Assembly (NCBI GenBank): GCA_051294905.1
Contig: CM119371.1
Coordinates: 19,222,001-19,286,000, forward strand
Direction: 5' to 3'
Source: Botryllus schlosseri
Taxonomy: Eukaryota
Length of the DNA stretch: 64,000 bases
Shown: positions 24,900 through 38,430 of the stretch, in pieces
Layout of the letters: each line of letters begins with the position of its first letter
Position numbering within the stretch: position 1 is the first letter of the stretch
The notes under the pieces: model-generated
What the model saw: the letters and a program-made list of their open reading frames with translations, nothing else
Database searches by the model: none
What the model was told of the DNA's origin: nothing
Position numbers and translations under genes: made by a program

Positions 24900-25341
24900 A
24901 TTATATCCAATCATAGTTCGATATCTCAATTTATACACCACATCAACACCAAGATGCCTATTCAGTTCAGATTTCCAAATGAATGCTTTTCCACAAACAT
25001 CGCATTTATGGCTTTTGACACCAACATGCATAGCCAATAGCCAGGTGCTTTCTACGGCAGTCCTCTGATGTGAATTCTTTCCCAAATATATCGCATTTAT
25101 GGATTCTGATGCCCGCATGAGAACGAAGATGTCTATTAAGTTATCTCTCAGAGTAAATCTTCTCGACAAACACAGCATTCATGGTTTTTGAGACTACAGA
25201 CAAACGTCACTGCATTGAGAAAAAGATTCAAACGCATCAGAAAAAAGAAACATTCGAAGTTTTTCACATAGTCAGCAATTAATGTAGAAAACGCACTTGA
25301 GAGTGACAAATCATATCCAAACATCGTTCGATATCTCATTC
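24900..25341 (-). pseudogene. Decayed C2H2 fingers downstream of the first ZNF stop codon
   Basis: KN*E*DI, then frameshifted KNHECCVC and HVGVKSHKCDVCGKAFIWKSELNRHLGV. Confidence 0.75.
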
Positions 25342-26847
25342 TCAATTTTTGACAGCAACATGAACACCAAGATGCCTGTTCAATTTCGATTTGAAAATAA
25401 ATCTTCTTCCACAAACATCGCAGCTATGGATTTTGGCACCAACATGAATAGCCATGTGTTGTCTAAGGTTCTCCTTTGCAGGGAATTTTTTTCCACATAC
25501 TTCACAGTAATGGATGTCGATACCAGCATGCGAGCGAAGATGCCTATTCAAGTTGCATTTCGAAGTATATCTTTTCCCGCAAACACCGCATTCATGGTTT
25601 TTGACACTACCATGCACAGCAATGTGTGATTTGAGTCCACCTTTTCGCATAAATTTCTTTCCACAAACACCACAAGTGTGGTTTTCGACACCAGCATGAA
25701 TACCCATATGATGATTGAGATTACTTATATGCTTGAAATCTTTCCCACAAACTTTGCATTCATACTTTTTGACATTGAAATGCATCTTCAAATGAGAATT
25801 GAGGCTCGTTCTTCGGACGAAGTCTTTTCCACAAACATCACATTCATAGCTTTTACCACTAGCATGCACAGCCATATGTTCCCTTAGGCCCATATTTTGT
25901 CTGAATTCTATCCCACAAACATCGCATTTATGGTTTTTGATGCCCGAGTGCAGAGCCATGTGTAACTTGAGATAAACCTTTGTCATGAATTTTTTTCCAC
26001 AAACGTCACATTTGCTGCCATCCGAATGCACCTCCATATGTGAATGGAGGCCACTGCTTTGCACGAATTCTTTCCCACAAACATCACATTTATGATTCTT
26101 GACATCATTGTGAATATGCATGTGCTTTTTTAGATTATCCCTACGAAGAAACTCTTTCCCGCAAACGTCACAGCTATGATTCTTGACACTGACATGAATA
26201 GCCATGTGACTTCTCAGGTTACGTTTTAGCACAAATTCTTTCCCACAAACATCACATTTGCAGCTTATAACAGTAGAATGCACCGAAATATGTAGACGGA
26301 GGCCCTCCCTTTGCGCAAATTCTTCCCCACAAACATCACATTTATAATTCTTGACATCACAATGAATATTCATGTGATTGTTTAGCGTACTCCTGTTAGT
26401 ACATCCTTTCCCGCAAACTTCACAACTATGATTCTTGACACCAACATGCATAGCCATGTGCCTCGTCAAGTTTCTTTTTCGCACAAATTCTTTCCCACAA
26501 ACATCACATTTATACCTTTCACCGCCAGCACGCTGAGCCTTATGTAGCTCGAGGCCATGGTTTTGTGTGATGTCTTTCTCAAAACTATGACATTTATCAT
26601 CCTCATCCATGACACAAGAACGCATCTCCGTGTGTAAATTGAGGTCACCCCTTCGAGTATATTCTTTTCCACGAACATCACAGTTATAGCTTGTCATTCC
26701 GGCATGCATACTCTTATTAATAATGAGGCTGCACTTTCCAATGCCTTTATCACGATGAATGTTGCATTGGTGATATTTTGCTTGACTATTTTCACACGGA
26801 GCTTTCAAATTCGTGTTAGAATCAATTGAGAGTGATTCCCCATACAT
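25342..26847 (-). CDS. Tandem C2H2 zinc-finger protein (14 intact fingers); possibly the last exon of a larger gene
   Basis: 501-aa ORF with 14 CxxC-x12-HxxxH fingers and HxGVKxH-type linkers. Candidate in-frame acceptor at 26859-26860. Confidence 0.92.
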   Translation of the reverse strand: MYGESLSIDSNTNLKAPCENSQAKYHQCNIHRDKGIGKCSLIINKSMHAGMTSYNCDVRGKEYTRRGDLNLHTEMRSCVMDEDDKCHSFEKDITQNHGLELHKAQRAGGERYKCDVCGKEFVRKRNLTRHMAMHVGVKNHSCEVCGKGCTNRSTLNNHMNIHCDVKNYKCDVCGEEFAQREGLRLHISVHSTVISCKCDVCGKEFVLKRNLRSHMAIHVSVKNHSCDVCGKEFLRRDNLKKHMHIHNDVKNHKCDVCGKEFVQSSGLHSHMEVHSDGSKCDVCGKKFMTKVYLKLHMALHSGIKNHKCDVCGIEFRQNMGLREHMAVHASGKSYECDVCGKDFVRRTSLNSHLKMHFNVKKYECKVCGKDFKHISNLNHHMGIHAGVENHTCGVCGKKFMRKGGLKSHIAVHGSVKNHECGVCGKRYTSKCNLNRHLRSHAGIDIHYCEVCGKKFPAKENLRQHMAIHVGAKIHSCDVCGRRFIFKSKLNRHLGVHVAVKN

Positions 26848-29800
26848 CTCGATGCCGGCTGTTTAGTAACAGAGGAGGCCACAAACGAGCTCAATCAAAT
26901 GACGAAGTGCAAATCGTTGATTACTGATGTGTTGCTGAATAGGCTAATAATATTTTGTGTTATAGAAGATTGGATTAGAAAATCATCGTTAACATTTTCA
27001 ACTGAGAAATGTAGACATGCATTTGATGTCAACAAAATTGAAGCCCACATTCCTTACATAAAGAAAACTGTGCTAGTATTTGCATGATTAGAATAACATT
27101 GTCGCATATCATTAACCACACAAGAATGCCGGCTCCTAACATTGTTAGCTCAGTCTCATATATAGTCCACATGTTGTTGAAAACTATACATTTGAGTTAT
27201 TCCTTTTTTAACAAGCTAGTGCTCAGACAAACCAATTCTCACAAATTTAATTTAGCGATTGGGTCAACATGTCACCACCTCATGTATCTTATGTTATATA
27301 ATATGGGCTGCTTTTTGTTGAGTACATGCATGTTAAATTCTAAAGCCTAGTGCAGTATCTTGCTATTTCACCAACCTAAAATCAATGTGAATGCCTGCGC
27401 ATTGGTCTATACCAGACGGAGGCGAACTACATCCCGCAGGCCGCATGTGCCCCGTTACAGCATTTTTGCAGATAGCGAAAGCCCTAATAAAGCTATAAAA
27501 GACAGTAATAAAATGCATAGCAAGAATTAAATTACTGCAGCGATTCGAGCAAGCTTCCTCCTAATATATTTCATCATGATATTGATAGGCAGTAGTCTTA
27601 CTATCGTATTTCGTCTTTTCTGGCTAACGCAATACCGGGACCTCGCGGCCTACGAATTTCAAAAGGTTTTGGTTGCTAAACATCTAGAAAGTCAAATCCG
27701 GAAACGTCTTAAATCGGATCATGTGCGTGGGATTTTGGATTGGCGACTCCAGCAAATTTATTATTATCGGCGTTGTACTTGAAAACACCGATTCGCGTGT
27801 GCTTTAAATGGATGCGTCATGCATATGTGCAGTTAGGTACAAACTCATTTACAGACTTTAGTCACAATTCATTCATGAATAACAAAAAGTTGCATATGTT
27901 TAGCTTTTGTTAAATAATCCAATGGATATTGCCGCAGTACTGTACCATATGCACAAAATTACAATCATTCAACATCAATAATAATGAGGCACAACCGACA
28001 GCACCTTCGTTACATCATTCCTGTGAATTGTACATTCGTTAATATCCAAATTATACATGTGCATTAATTCCCCATTAGATCAAGATGGCATTTGCACAGC
28101 AGGGTACCGGTGGTGTACAACTAAGCCTCCACAGTATGGCGATTATGCATATGTTGCAAGTGGCATTGAGAGTCAGTGCTGTTGTTGTATCATGTGGATG
28201 CAAAGTAAGTGACGCAGCATATATGTTCGCAACATACTACATAAAGCAATCAAGCTACAATATGGAGATCGCGTCGAGCAAGTGCGACGGTGATATCACG
28301 GCAGAAATTTTGCAACAGGTTAAGAAACGATGACATGTAGCCGCCTAAGTGGAACAGGGCTTATCCGAAATTCATTTAATTGCAGCTCCATTACGGCGGC
28401 CTTCTGAAGAGAATGTCTGCGGCCAATTTTTTTTTAATCTGCGCTTGAAACCACATCAGTTACCATAGTTGACTGGCAACCAATTAGATTGGTAGTATTT
28501 GCAAGTCTGCTTGGAAGATTGACCCCTGCCCGACTTTCTAATGTTTTTTCTTTTACACTTATCCTCCGGTTTGAACATCCGGGCCAACGAATTATGAATT
28601 ACTATTTTCTTGATAACGTCCATTCTCGGTACAACCCAAGCACAATGTGAAGAGATGGTAACTGCTACCAACTAAAAACGAATTCATCCACATATATTTC
28701 ATTTCACCCACATATATTTTGGAAAGTCGAGATATTCTGATTAAAAAAGATTGATAACTAGGGGGACTTTTTCTATGTAAAAACAGAATATTTTGTCCTA
28801 AAAAGTGAAAATCTTGACATTTATTTACCTTGAAATATTCAATTTTGACAAGATCCTGCCCCCGTGTATATAAATTAGTTGTTTTCGCACATAATGTTAG
28901 AATTGTACTACTAATCTTCATTTCTGGTTGGAACTGTCTGTACTTACGAAATAGCTTGCCCTGACTTAGAAACTGACAAATTTTTACATGAAAAAATTCT
29001 ATTTGAATGATATCTGGACCTATGAAGAACTCCAGTAGTTACATCAGGCATTATCATAGATATCATTAAAACTCGTTGTATTACAACGAAAGATACTTTC
29101 CTACATTCTCGAGTTGCAAGTTTTTGTCCTTACAAAATAGCATGCCAATAATGGAGAACGGCAGCTTTGGCTGGCAACACTGGTGGTGACACAACTCTTG
29201 CTGCATTCTGCACTCTGCTCATTCAATGTTGCCTAAATAACAATTTTTCATCACCCGCTTCTCGATACAAGAACCAATGTTCGGATGCAGTCTTACTTCA
29301 GATAAGATATTGTAGTACGTTTACCATATCAACCTACCGGTATTTGTTTCATTTGCCCGTACGATTCACAATGAGCAGACAATGCGCCGTCTACAACGGT
29401 ACACCTATAAAATACCGTAGGCTACAAGCTGTAAAATGTCAAATGGTAAGTACACCGACAGTGCAAACATCTACGATACAAACAAAATGCAGGTTTCAAA
29501 TATTTTTAGACCTATCGCTACAAATTTCACAAAATTTTGACTTTTGCGACGGGTCAAAAATCGTCCTATTGATAACCACCGGATTTAAGTTTACCCAAAA
29601 CAATACTAGAACTGTTGTTTTCATACGCTTATTGTAACTTAAATAAACAAGTTGAAATTTGATCAATTCAAGTAATTAGGCAAATGTCAAGGAAAAAAAT
29701 CTGGCATGATAGAGAAATTCCGGGATCAGAATCGGATTCAGCAACCAAAAATTAGCCTAGACCTGTCGTTCTTAACCATTACCAACTTGCGGAATACTTA

Positions 29801-31837
29801 CGCTAATCTGCAGTTACGATTCGACTGATTAGCCTACATCTGCTACCAACAATGGCGAAGATGGGCGTATCATCACAAATCCTATGCATGAATTGAAAGT
29901 AGATCTTGACCGCCAGAAAAACTGGCTGAGGGACCTTATTGTGTCGAATGGCTTGGCTTTGATGCACAATATGTACATCCAAAGATAATTTAATAGGATA
30001 TTGCAGCTGTCTCGAAAGAAATTACCAACAACTGTTTGTGTAGATTATGTATGCATTGCCCTTGAAGCAAGGCGATTCTCAGAAATTGTGTTTTTTACCG
30101 GTATCTCTTTAAATTTTCTGGATTTTTGTCTGCAATGAACGTGCAAATTATACACGAAGGCGATTGCTATTTACGTACGAGCTCATACTTGCAATTCCAA
30201 ATTCATAGGCATAACCGCAAAGTCAGATATTTGCACTATACCCATTTAATTATTACTAGGGCAATTTTTTCAACTTCAGCTTCCTAAAAACTCAGAAGTT
30301 ATGTAGTATGGTGTTTTAAGCTGTTTTCGGTATCGCAACTTTCTGCGACTTTTCTTCATTTTTTTCATGCAACTTTTTGCCCCTCTTTTCGATTTTTCAT
30401 TAACTTTTTGCAAGTTTTTTTTAAATTTTTTACACAAGTACCTTTTTACTGGAAATATTTAGCACTATATATAAATAGATCGCTCGATTATTTCATTGTC
30501 GTTTAAATTTGAGTCTAGAATTCCCAAAGGTCACCTGTAGCCTATTGAATTTCTGCCAACTATCGTCCTATGGTTCAATGAACTGCAAACCAAACATATA
30601 TATTGTTTCCAGGAATACCTACTTAAATATTCCACTACTAAGTATTTTGAATCGAATTAAATTCGTGAAAAATTACAATCATTTCAAAACATGCCTGTTA
30701 ACAATTCCATTTCTTAAGCATTAATCGCTCGTACTTCCTTGACAATGAGACTACCCATTACCCAAAGCTCCTAACAGCAGACAGACAGTTGGACACCAAT
30801 GCTTGAGACACCTGAAACTCTGGATCCTAGAACTAAAAAGATATGGCAAAAAAAGCAACTCTTACTTGAGCAGTTTTCACAGTTTCCATTTCCTACTTCA
30901 ACTTGAGGTGGTCTTGATGTATTAGACAGACAATTATGACACGGGGGGTAACTATCTTACATTGTACTCAATTTATACTGAGAAACCTTGGACGTCTGGG
31001 AAAGTGTCGCTTGCTAACTAGTGGTCCCATGGATGAATTACGTCATCATTCTTCTTTACTGATTTAGTTGTAATACACGTTGCTGGAATTTGTACAACAA
31101 ATTGTTATGAAAATTTCTCTCGCAAGGTTGAAAGTGATGTAACAAAAATTTATTTCCTACTTGACAGTAAGTAAAACGTTAGTAGTTCGGTTTCAAAGTA
31201 TGTTCATGTTCAATTGGATGTAAGCTACAAGATAAATAAACATTGAAATGGACGTGTTAGCTTAGCTGCAATATTATTTAACAATTGGCACATCTTTCAG
31301 GTGACTTTGAAGCAAATCTTTACATCATTTTGATCACATTGAATACAGTATCCATTATACATTAAACTTGAATAATATCGAATCATTCTCCGTGACTATC
31401 GATCTATGGTACTGCCATAACTATAAGGAAATCTAATGTTGAAGCTATCCGGTACAACAGATTTTAGCTGTAGATATCATCCACTCACTGGACTGGACAA
31501 TGAGCATCACTGTTCAGTTGGGGAAGTCTACTGAGATATGTTTTTAAAAATCGGAATCAGCTGCTATAATTATACAACACGAAATCACATTTCAACGACT
31601 GGTCGGCCCCTATGGAATCTCGGTTCATTTTTGGAAATAAATCCTGCGTGATGAGAGATTTTCTGCATATAGAATAATTAAATAATTAAAGAGAAGGTTC
31701 GGCGCGACGTTGCCACCAATTCCACTCTGGCAGGTCGATAGCACCCGTCAGATTACACGGTTCAGTCTCTTATTAGGGCTACGCTCCTACGCATCTCTAA
31801 TCCTCATTTGATCTAAAATATCTAGTACGTAACTCAC

Positions 31838-31997
31838 CAAGCACAGACGCTCTAAGCTTTGACTGTGAACACATTTTGGATGAATCTGACTGTGCTAAAG
31901 CTGTTACTACACGCTTCGACAGCTTTTGTGTCGCTTTCGAAAGCGCATCTCTCGTGGGGAAAACCCTGAACCCAGCCATGTCGCGTGTACGCCATCT
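31838..31997 (-). promoter_or_regulatory. Candidate promoter and first exon of the 25342-26847 ZNF gene
   Basis: YY1-like AGATGGCG (31997-31990), ATG at 31979, donor G|GTGAGT at 31838/31837. Phase 1 matches the acceptor upstream of the ZNF ORF. Confidence 0.35.
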
Positions 31998-32150
31998 ACC
32001 GTTCCATAATCATTATCGTCATCATCATTGATTTATTAGTAATTTTATCAGTTCAATACACCACAAGAAATGCGATACAATGAATAGACAGGAAGATTTC
32101 GAAGCGAATTGGATTAGTCTATGGAATCAGACACCCACCTTGGCCTAGGC

Positions 32151-34589
32151 CAGGGGCGGGCCGGATCCGGCCCGCGGACAGTTTCCCGTCTTAAATGATA
32201 CTGTGGCCCGTAGCCCCAGTCTTGCGAGATTCCCCACTACTTGCTTACATACGTCAACTTTTAGTGACTGTATGTTACTATATGTGTATGCGCAGCGAGC
32301 GAGGGTGGAGCTTACGCGTAAGTTCGTCGATGCGAGAAGACTTGCATCATATTGTCCTATATGGTGTCGACACAAGCAAATCTCACGGTTCAATGAAATT
32401 GTATCACGTCACAATTTCCATTTGGCTACAGGCAATTTGACGGTCATTTTTGACCGGCTTGCCGAGCATTAAATTTGATGAACCGGGTATCAATCGAAAG
32501 CTGACTCTGCACTGATTACGAAAATATAAATTTTATTCCACTCATGGCCCTGGAACCCCCACAATCAGCCCCAAATTATTCATTGTTAAGTAGATTGGCA
32601 GTGTGACGCAACAATGCTGTCTGGCGAAACGAGAGTGTAGCTCAAGAGCAAGGATGCGGCTGAGCGGCGAGAGTGGGATCAGCTGACGTCGCGGCAATAG
32701 CAATGAGCAATCGCGTCGCAGAGAAACGCTGCGCTGTTGATACTTTTTCTATGCGCTTCGGCACAAGCGAGCACGCCTTATCAGCCTTTCCTTGACTTTT
32801 AACGGTAGAACTGGGTCCACAGAATGTATTAGGGCCCTACCAATTTTCGCGCATTATCCTTCAACTGATAGAGATATGTAGGCTACGTCTAAATAGTCTA
32901 CGTTGGAATGGATATGTCACATTATTATGATATCGATTGCCTTGGCCCGCTAGTTGCGTAGGGCTCCAGAGACGCGTGGCGCTGTTGATACTTTCTATAG
33001 GCGCTTCGCTAAAAGCGAGCACACACCAGCCTTTCCTCGACTTGTAAGGGTAGAACTGGGTCCACAGAATGTATTTGGGACCTACAAATTTTACTGCAAT
33101 TTCCTTCAACTTATAGAGATCCTTCCGTCTAGGCATAGCTATATACATTAAATATTGTATTAGCCCGCTTGTAGTGTCGGTCCCCACAGGCAGGTTGCGC
33201 TGTTGGTGGCGGGTGTCGATGTCGATACTTCCTATAGTCGCACACATTACGAGCCTTTCGTTTACCTGTAAGGATAGTGGTACACAGAATGCATTAGGGC
33301 CTTATGAACCTTCACGCATTCTTCTGCAACTTATAGATCTTTCCGTCTATGTAGCTATAAACATTAAATATGTCAGTGTCAGATCATGAGGTCGACTGGC
33401 TTAGTCCGGAAATAATACAGGAATTACTGGCGATTAGTGACGAGGATGAGGCACCGAGAGTATCTTCCCGGCTATCAGTCGGGTCTATAGCAACGGTAAC
33501 CAACGCAGATGTTGCGAATTTGCTGATTGCTTTAGGAATAAATGACATAACCTTCACTCCGTATGGGGACCAAACTGTAAAGAATTGGATGATGACGACG
33601 TCAGCTGGTCCCACTCTCGCCGCTCGGCCGCATCCTTGCTCTTGAGCTCACTCTCGTTTCGCCAGACAGCAATGTTGCGTCACACTGCCAATCTACTTAA
33701 CAATGAATAATTTGGGGCTGATTGTGGGGGTTCCAGGGCCATGAGTGGAATAAAATTTATATTTTCGTAATCAGTGCAGAGTCAGCTTTCGATTGATACC
33801 CGATTCATCAAATTTAATGCTCGGCAAGCCGGTCAAAAATGACCGTCAAATTGCCTGTAGCCAAATGGAAATTGTGACGTGATACAATTTCATTGAACCG
33901 TGAGATTTGCCTGTGTCGACACCATATAGGACACTATGCTTGTATCATCGGCATTTACGATGTACTCAACCCTAATGTCATTTGTGGTAATCATTGTGTT
34001 TTTCGACTACAATTATCATTTACACCAGGCCGATATTTCTTATTTTTGATTCCGTAAGCGTCGACTTGTAGCACGGCACATTTCTAGGCTTTTGTAAGAC
34101 GCCGCTTATGCCAGGGGTCGCAAACTCAAAACAGGTCGCGGGGCACTTTCAAATTTCATAGAGGCCGCGGGCCGCATGAATTCAATATCGGGATAAAATA
34201 GGCCACACAGTAGAACAGCCAAGCTATCTCGTCACCTACTAAACCGTATTGGATTAATATCTTGGCAAATTTGGGGTACCGGGATTATCGAACGCGTTGA
34301 AATCTTAATTAGGAATTGCGCCGTGTGTTCATCGATCAGCTGGAAGCAGACATGACGACGCCTGTATGACAATGCTATTTTCAAGTCCACATTGTCTTCG
34401 TCCTTATCGGCGATAAATGGCTTTGAAGTGATATTGCTGTCGGTAAAACACATTAATTAAATACGATTTATTTCTTGTATACATGGATAAATGGGCGAAT
34501 AATGCATCGATTCAGCAATCCGGCCCGCCAAGTAGGCTACTTAATTTTCCTATATCCGGCCCGCTGACTAGAGAAGTTGCCCGCACCTG
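32151..34589. mobile_element. hAT MITE carrying nested insertions
   Basis: CAGGGGCGGGC...GCCCGCACCTG with GGCCCG subterminal motifs. Flanks GCCTAGGC/CCCTAGGC. Confidence 0.75.
32348..33938. mobile_element. Foldback element with ~340-bp TIRs and 7-bp TSD (P/Galileo-like, non-autonomous)
   Basis: 32348-32691 is a near-perfect inverse of 33596-33938. CA...TG ends; flanks CTTGCAT/CTTGTAT; three diverged ~220-250-bp internal repeats. Confidence 0.85.
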
Positions 34590-35609
34590 CCCTAGGCGAT
34601 GTCAAGAGGAGGCATGCACACTGAATGAAAGTAAAGAAGACAGTATAGAAAAAGAAAGCGACAAGAATAGGGCGGCATGTCATGGGAAGCGAGGTCGATA
34701 GGTCAGTCGTGGTCCTGTAATCTTGAGGATGGACTGTATTTATTTAATAGTAATTGCTTGTATTTCGACTTGAATGTGGACATGCTCGTCGACTGTCGGA
34801 TGGCCGGCGGGACACCTATAGATTCATGAACTAGGAACGTCTACTCTGCAAACCGTAATCACAAATTCCGTTTGCAGGAAAAGTTACATGATTTACATGA
34901 TCGTTACAAGTATTTTGAATCAATAAAACTCACGAAAAAAATGATTTGAATCGTTCACCTTTCCACTCCCTACCTAGTACCTAGTCCTAGACCTACAACT
35001 CGATAACATACGCTGTCAAACAACTACCTCAACATGAATTTAAAACCCATAATACCTGGATTACCTTTTTTCAAATTACAATAGGATATGAGAGAATGTA
35101 CCCGTTAATTTATAAATTATACATCTATTTATTGATTCCATATTGCTTTAACTAGTAGGTTTATGATTACTGTCTTTGTTATATTTTGTGTTTATTATTT
35201 TCTTCAATGTTGCAGACTGTCCAGTGTCCACTGTTATATATATATAAATGAATACACTCGATTAGCCTACTTCACTACCGTGGTGCTGTCGAGAAACAAG
35301 GCTATATTATCACCGAAGTGCGGCCTGTTCTACAGCTTTGGGCGCTTTATATGCCAGCATATGTTCTTCTGATACTCTTTAAATCCTTAATCCAATCGAA
35401 GTTACATTATGGCATCCTCTGTTGGGGAGCTGCCAGTAAAACTGCACTCAAGCCACTGCAGAAACTACAGCATAAAATACTCCGAATCATAGCTAGGGCC
35501 CCAAAGGGGCCAGGCTGCCCATCCAATAAGTCGCTGCTGAAGAGATTCGGCGTCCTAAACATAGAAGATATATATGCGGAAACTAGAAACTGCCAAGTTT
35601 ATGTATCAG

Positions 35610-36923
35610 CAGCACCGTAACTGCCGCACCCCAAACCCCCCAATTGGGGGGGGCCCGAGCTCGAAGGGGGCCCAAAATTATTTCGTGGATTAGCATAAAT
35701 TATAGAGTATTTTTTGAAAATTTATGCAACTTTTTCAAAATTTTTTCGCGCTGCGCGCGACTTGAAGTTGCCACATATCTTGATTTTGGAGTACTCTTGC
35801 TCCCCCCCCCAAAAAAACAAGCAAAACAAAAGATTATCGAAATGGGCGTATTTGCGTTGGTCATTATCGCGCCACGATATACCAAGACATATAAAGTTTC
35901 AGGCCATGTGACATGCGACTCCAAGAAATGTGCTAGAACGATCGGCAGTGAGAAAACCTTGGCCGAAAAGGACCGTCCTTATGCTGACCGAAAACTTCGT
36001 TATATATACAAAATACATGTAGGTTTAATTGTCCAAAAGCGCCTAAATGACTGACGCCGAATGTTCCTGTCTTGGCAATCTGAACCACACAAGACAAATA
36101 CCATCCCGCAGGGGAAAATTATATACCAGTGAAGAAATACCAATTTGAAATCGTGTGTGTCTTTTAGTTTAGTAGCCTACGTTTGGGCGATTCTATATTT
36201 TTTGATATAGCAGACAGGAAGTCACGAAATAACATTATGTTACGGAGTCATACCAACGGGCCCTGCAGTTTCCAAGACACCTCACTCAGCTCTGCCGGTA
36301 AATCTGATTACGTGAGCAGAGAGGACAAGAAATTGATAGCAATATATATGCAATTCCCGATCTTATTGACCGATTTTATCATGAATTATCGAAAATTTTC
36401 GCGCTTGGCGCTGGCTCACTAAACAGTACGACTAATTTCGTGGCAAAGCGAACGTCATTGGGGGTCGGTTTATCACCCTATGGGAGCCCAAGACCCAAGA
36501 TTTTTTTAGGGGTCTGACGAAGTGCTGTTTCGTTCGTGTCAATGGGTATACGCCCGAAGATGTTTAATTATTATTGAGGGGTCCTACCTATTCAAACACG
36601 CCTCACTCAGCTCTACCTGTAAATCTGATTAGGTGAGCAGAGAGACAGTAAAAATTGATAGCAATACGTATGCAATTCCCGATCATATTTACCGATTCAA
36701 TCACGAATTACAGAATTTTTCGCGCTTCGCGCGTTTAGGCGAGAAAAGCGTACCCAGTCAACGGAGCCCCATGAAAGATGATAAGTAGCGGTTAACGGCG
36801 TACAGGATACAGCGTGAGGGGGGTCTGGGGGGCGAAGCCCCCCAGAAGTTCGGTTTATCATCATATGGGGGGCCCAACACCAAAGTTTTCGGGGGGGCCT
36901 GGCGAAGTGCTGTTACGGCCCTG
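35610..36923 (+). mobile_element. Non-autonomous hAT element (CAG..CCGTAAC termini)
   Basis: CAGCACCGTAAC...GTTACGGCCCTG. Perfect TSD TGTATCAG. Internal direct duplication. Confidence 0.9.
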
Positions 36924-38219
36924 TGTATCAGTTTCACTGCGGTCGTTGCCCCGAATATTTCGATGACTTCTTTACCTCTGAATCAAAAGCGCACAAGTAC
37001 AACACACGCGCGTCCACGTCGTGCAAATGTCATATGATCGACCGAAAAGATCATCGCTTTATCAAATATGCCGGACCTGATGTGTGGACCCAGCAAACAC
37101 GAAACCGTAAAAGGATCATCCGGGATCATCTCGGATCATCTCGATTAGGTTCTGATTTTCTAAGTGTCGGGGGAATGTCTAAAATACGTAGTAGGATGGT
37201 CTAGAGGTTATATTCAATCAAAATAAATTCCTACTCGGTGTTGTTCCATGACATGCGTTAGACTTCGTTATATCCCGTTGTTAACCTAATAATGCTAATT
37301 TTCTATCGCTTGCAGGTATGTCTAAAATACGTAGAAAGGATACTTCGGTGTTACATTCAAAAACGATATATATTCCTATCCGGTGTTCTTCGATCTCATG
37401 CGAAAGCTTCGATATATCCATTAGAAAACATCATTAACCCTTCATTATGTTGCGTGAAGTGCAACTTACCCTGCTCCGGAAGCATAATAACTCCGGAGCC
37501 TTCGGTTGAAAAGACCAGTCATGCGTATAGTAGCGTGCTGGTTCTGGTTGCTGCCGGACTGAAGCAGATTGCTGATGTCGGAAAAGAGGAAGTAAATATT
37601 CATAGACTAATTGGGTTGTCTTTTGTGTGTAACGTTAGTGAATATTCCTAGATATTGAGAGCAGGCCGTCGGAAGTTTAGAACGGTACGACTAGCTTACT
37701 GTCTTGGGGTAGCTGGTGCTTTAGCAAACGTATTAGGACATTTACAGTGCTAATATAGAAGTTCGCTCTGGAATCTGTATGCGTACGCGGGCTGACTTCT
37801 GCTTTATCTTGCTTTTGTCGGCAATTAAACTAGCAGTGAATGAAGGTCTGCAATAGTGCATAGTCATAACCGAAATTGACGCGGAAACATTTTATCACAT
37901 CCTTTGATAATCTGCAATTTTGAAGTTGTTATTGATGTTGTTTGTAATGACTTTGAAAGTATAGTCAATAGTCATTGATGTGTTAAGTAACTCAAAAACC
38001 AATCCAAATTATAAGCGTGCTCATCACATGGTATATAATGTATTGATAAGATGAGCATGTATCAGCAATTAAGTAAACTGGTTTAGTGGTTTGCACAATG
38101 CATCAATTTGATATACTCTGAGATTGCATCTCAGACTAGGACAGGTCATGATTGGGTTTCGTTGGGAGCACAGTTGTTGATCACGTGAAACAGCAATCGT
38201 TGGGCATGCTCATGGGGAC

Positions 38220-38430
38220 CAGACATGGGGTAATCGTGATTAGTAATCGTAATCGATTACGACGATTACAGCATTTCCAAGTAATCGCAATCGATTACAT
38301 TCGAAAAAAATCCGAAGTAATCGTAATCGACTACTCGCGGATTTTGCTGTAATCGTAATCGTAATCGCGTGATTCATAAGTAATCGTAATCGCAATCGAT
38401 TACATTCATGAAGTAATCACCCCATGTCTG
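38220..38430. mobile_element. 211-bp hAT MITE with (GTAATC)n motifs
   Basis: TIR CAGACATGGGGT and ACCCCATGTCTG. Perfect TSD ATGGGGAC. Confidence 0.9.

Larger units (their letters stand above)
32008..34812 (-). mobile_element. LINE 3' fragment (same family as 35305-42093), interrupted by 32151-34589
   Basis: 34590-34812 and 32008-32150 are the reverse complement of 41735-42093, including a (TGA)n-like tail. Confidence 0.85.

Noticed and set aside
25297..25887. Plus-strand ORFs opposite the zinc-finger arrays (also 51650-53215)
   Set aside because: Antisense shadows of repetitive finger codons.
35644..36422. 60-136-aa ORFs inside hAT non-autonomous elements (also 44461-45578)
   Set aside because: Frames are not conserved between the sister copies and there are no domain motifs.
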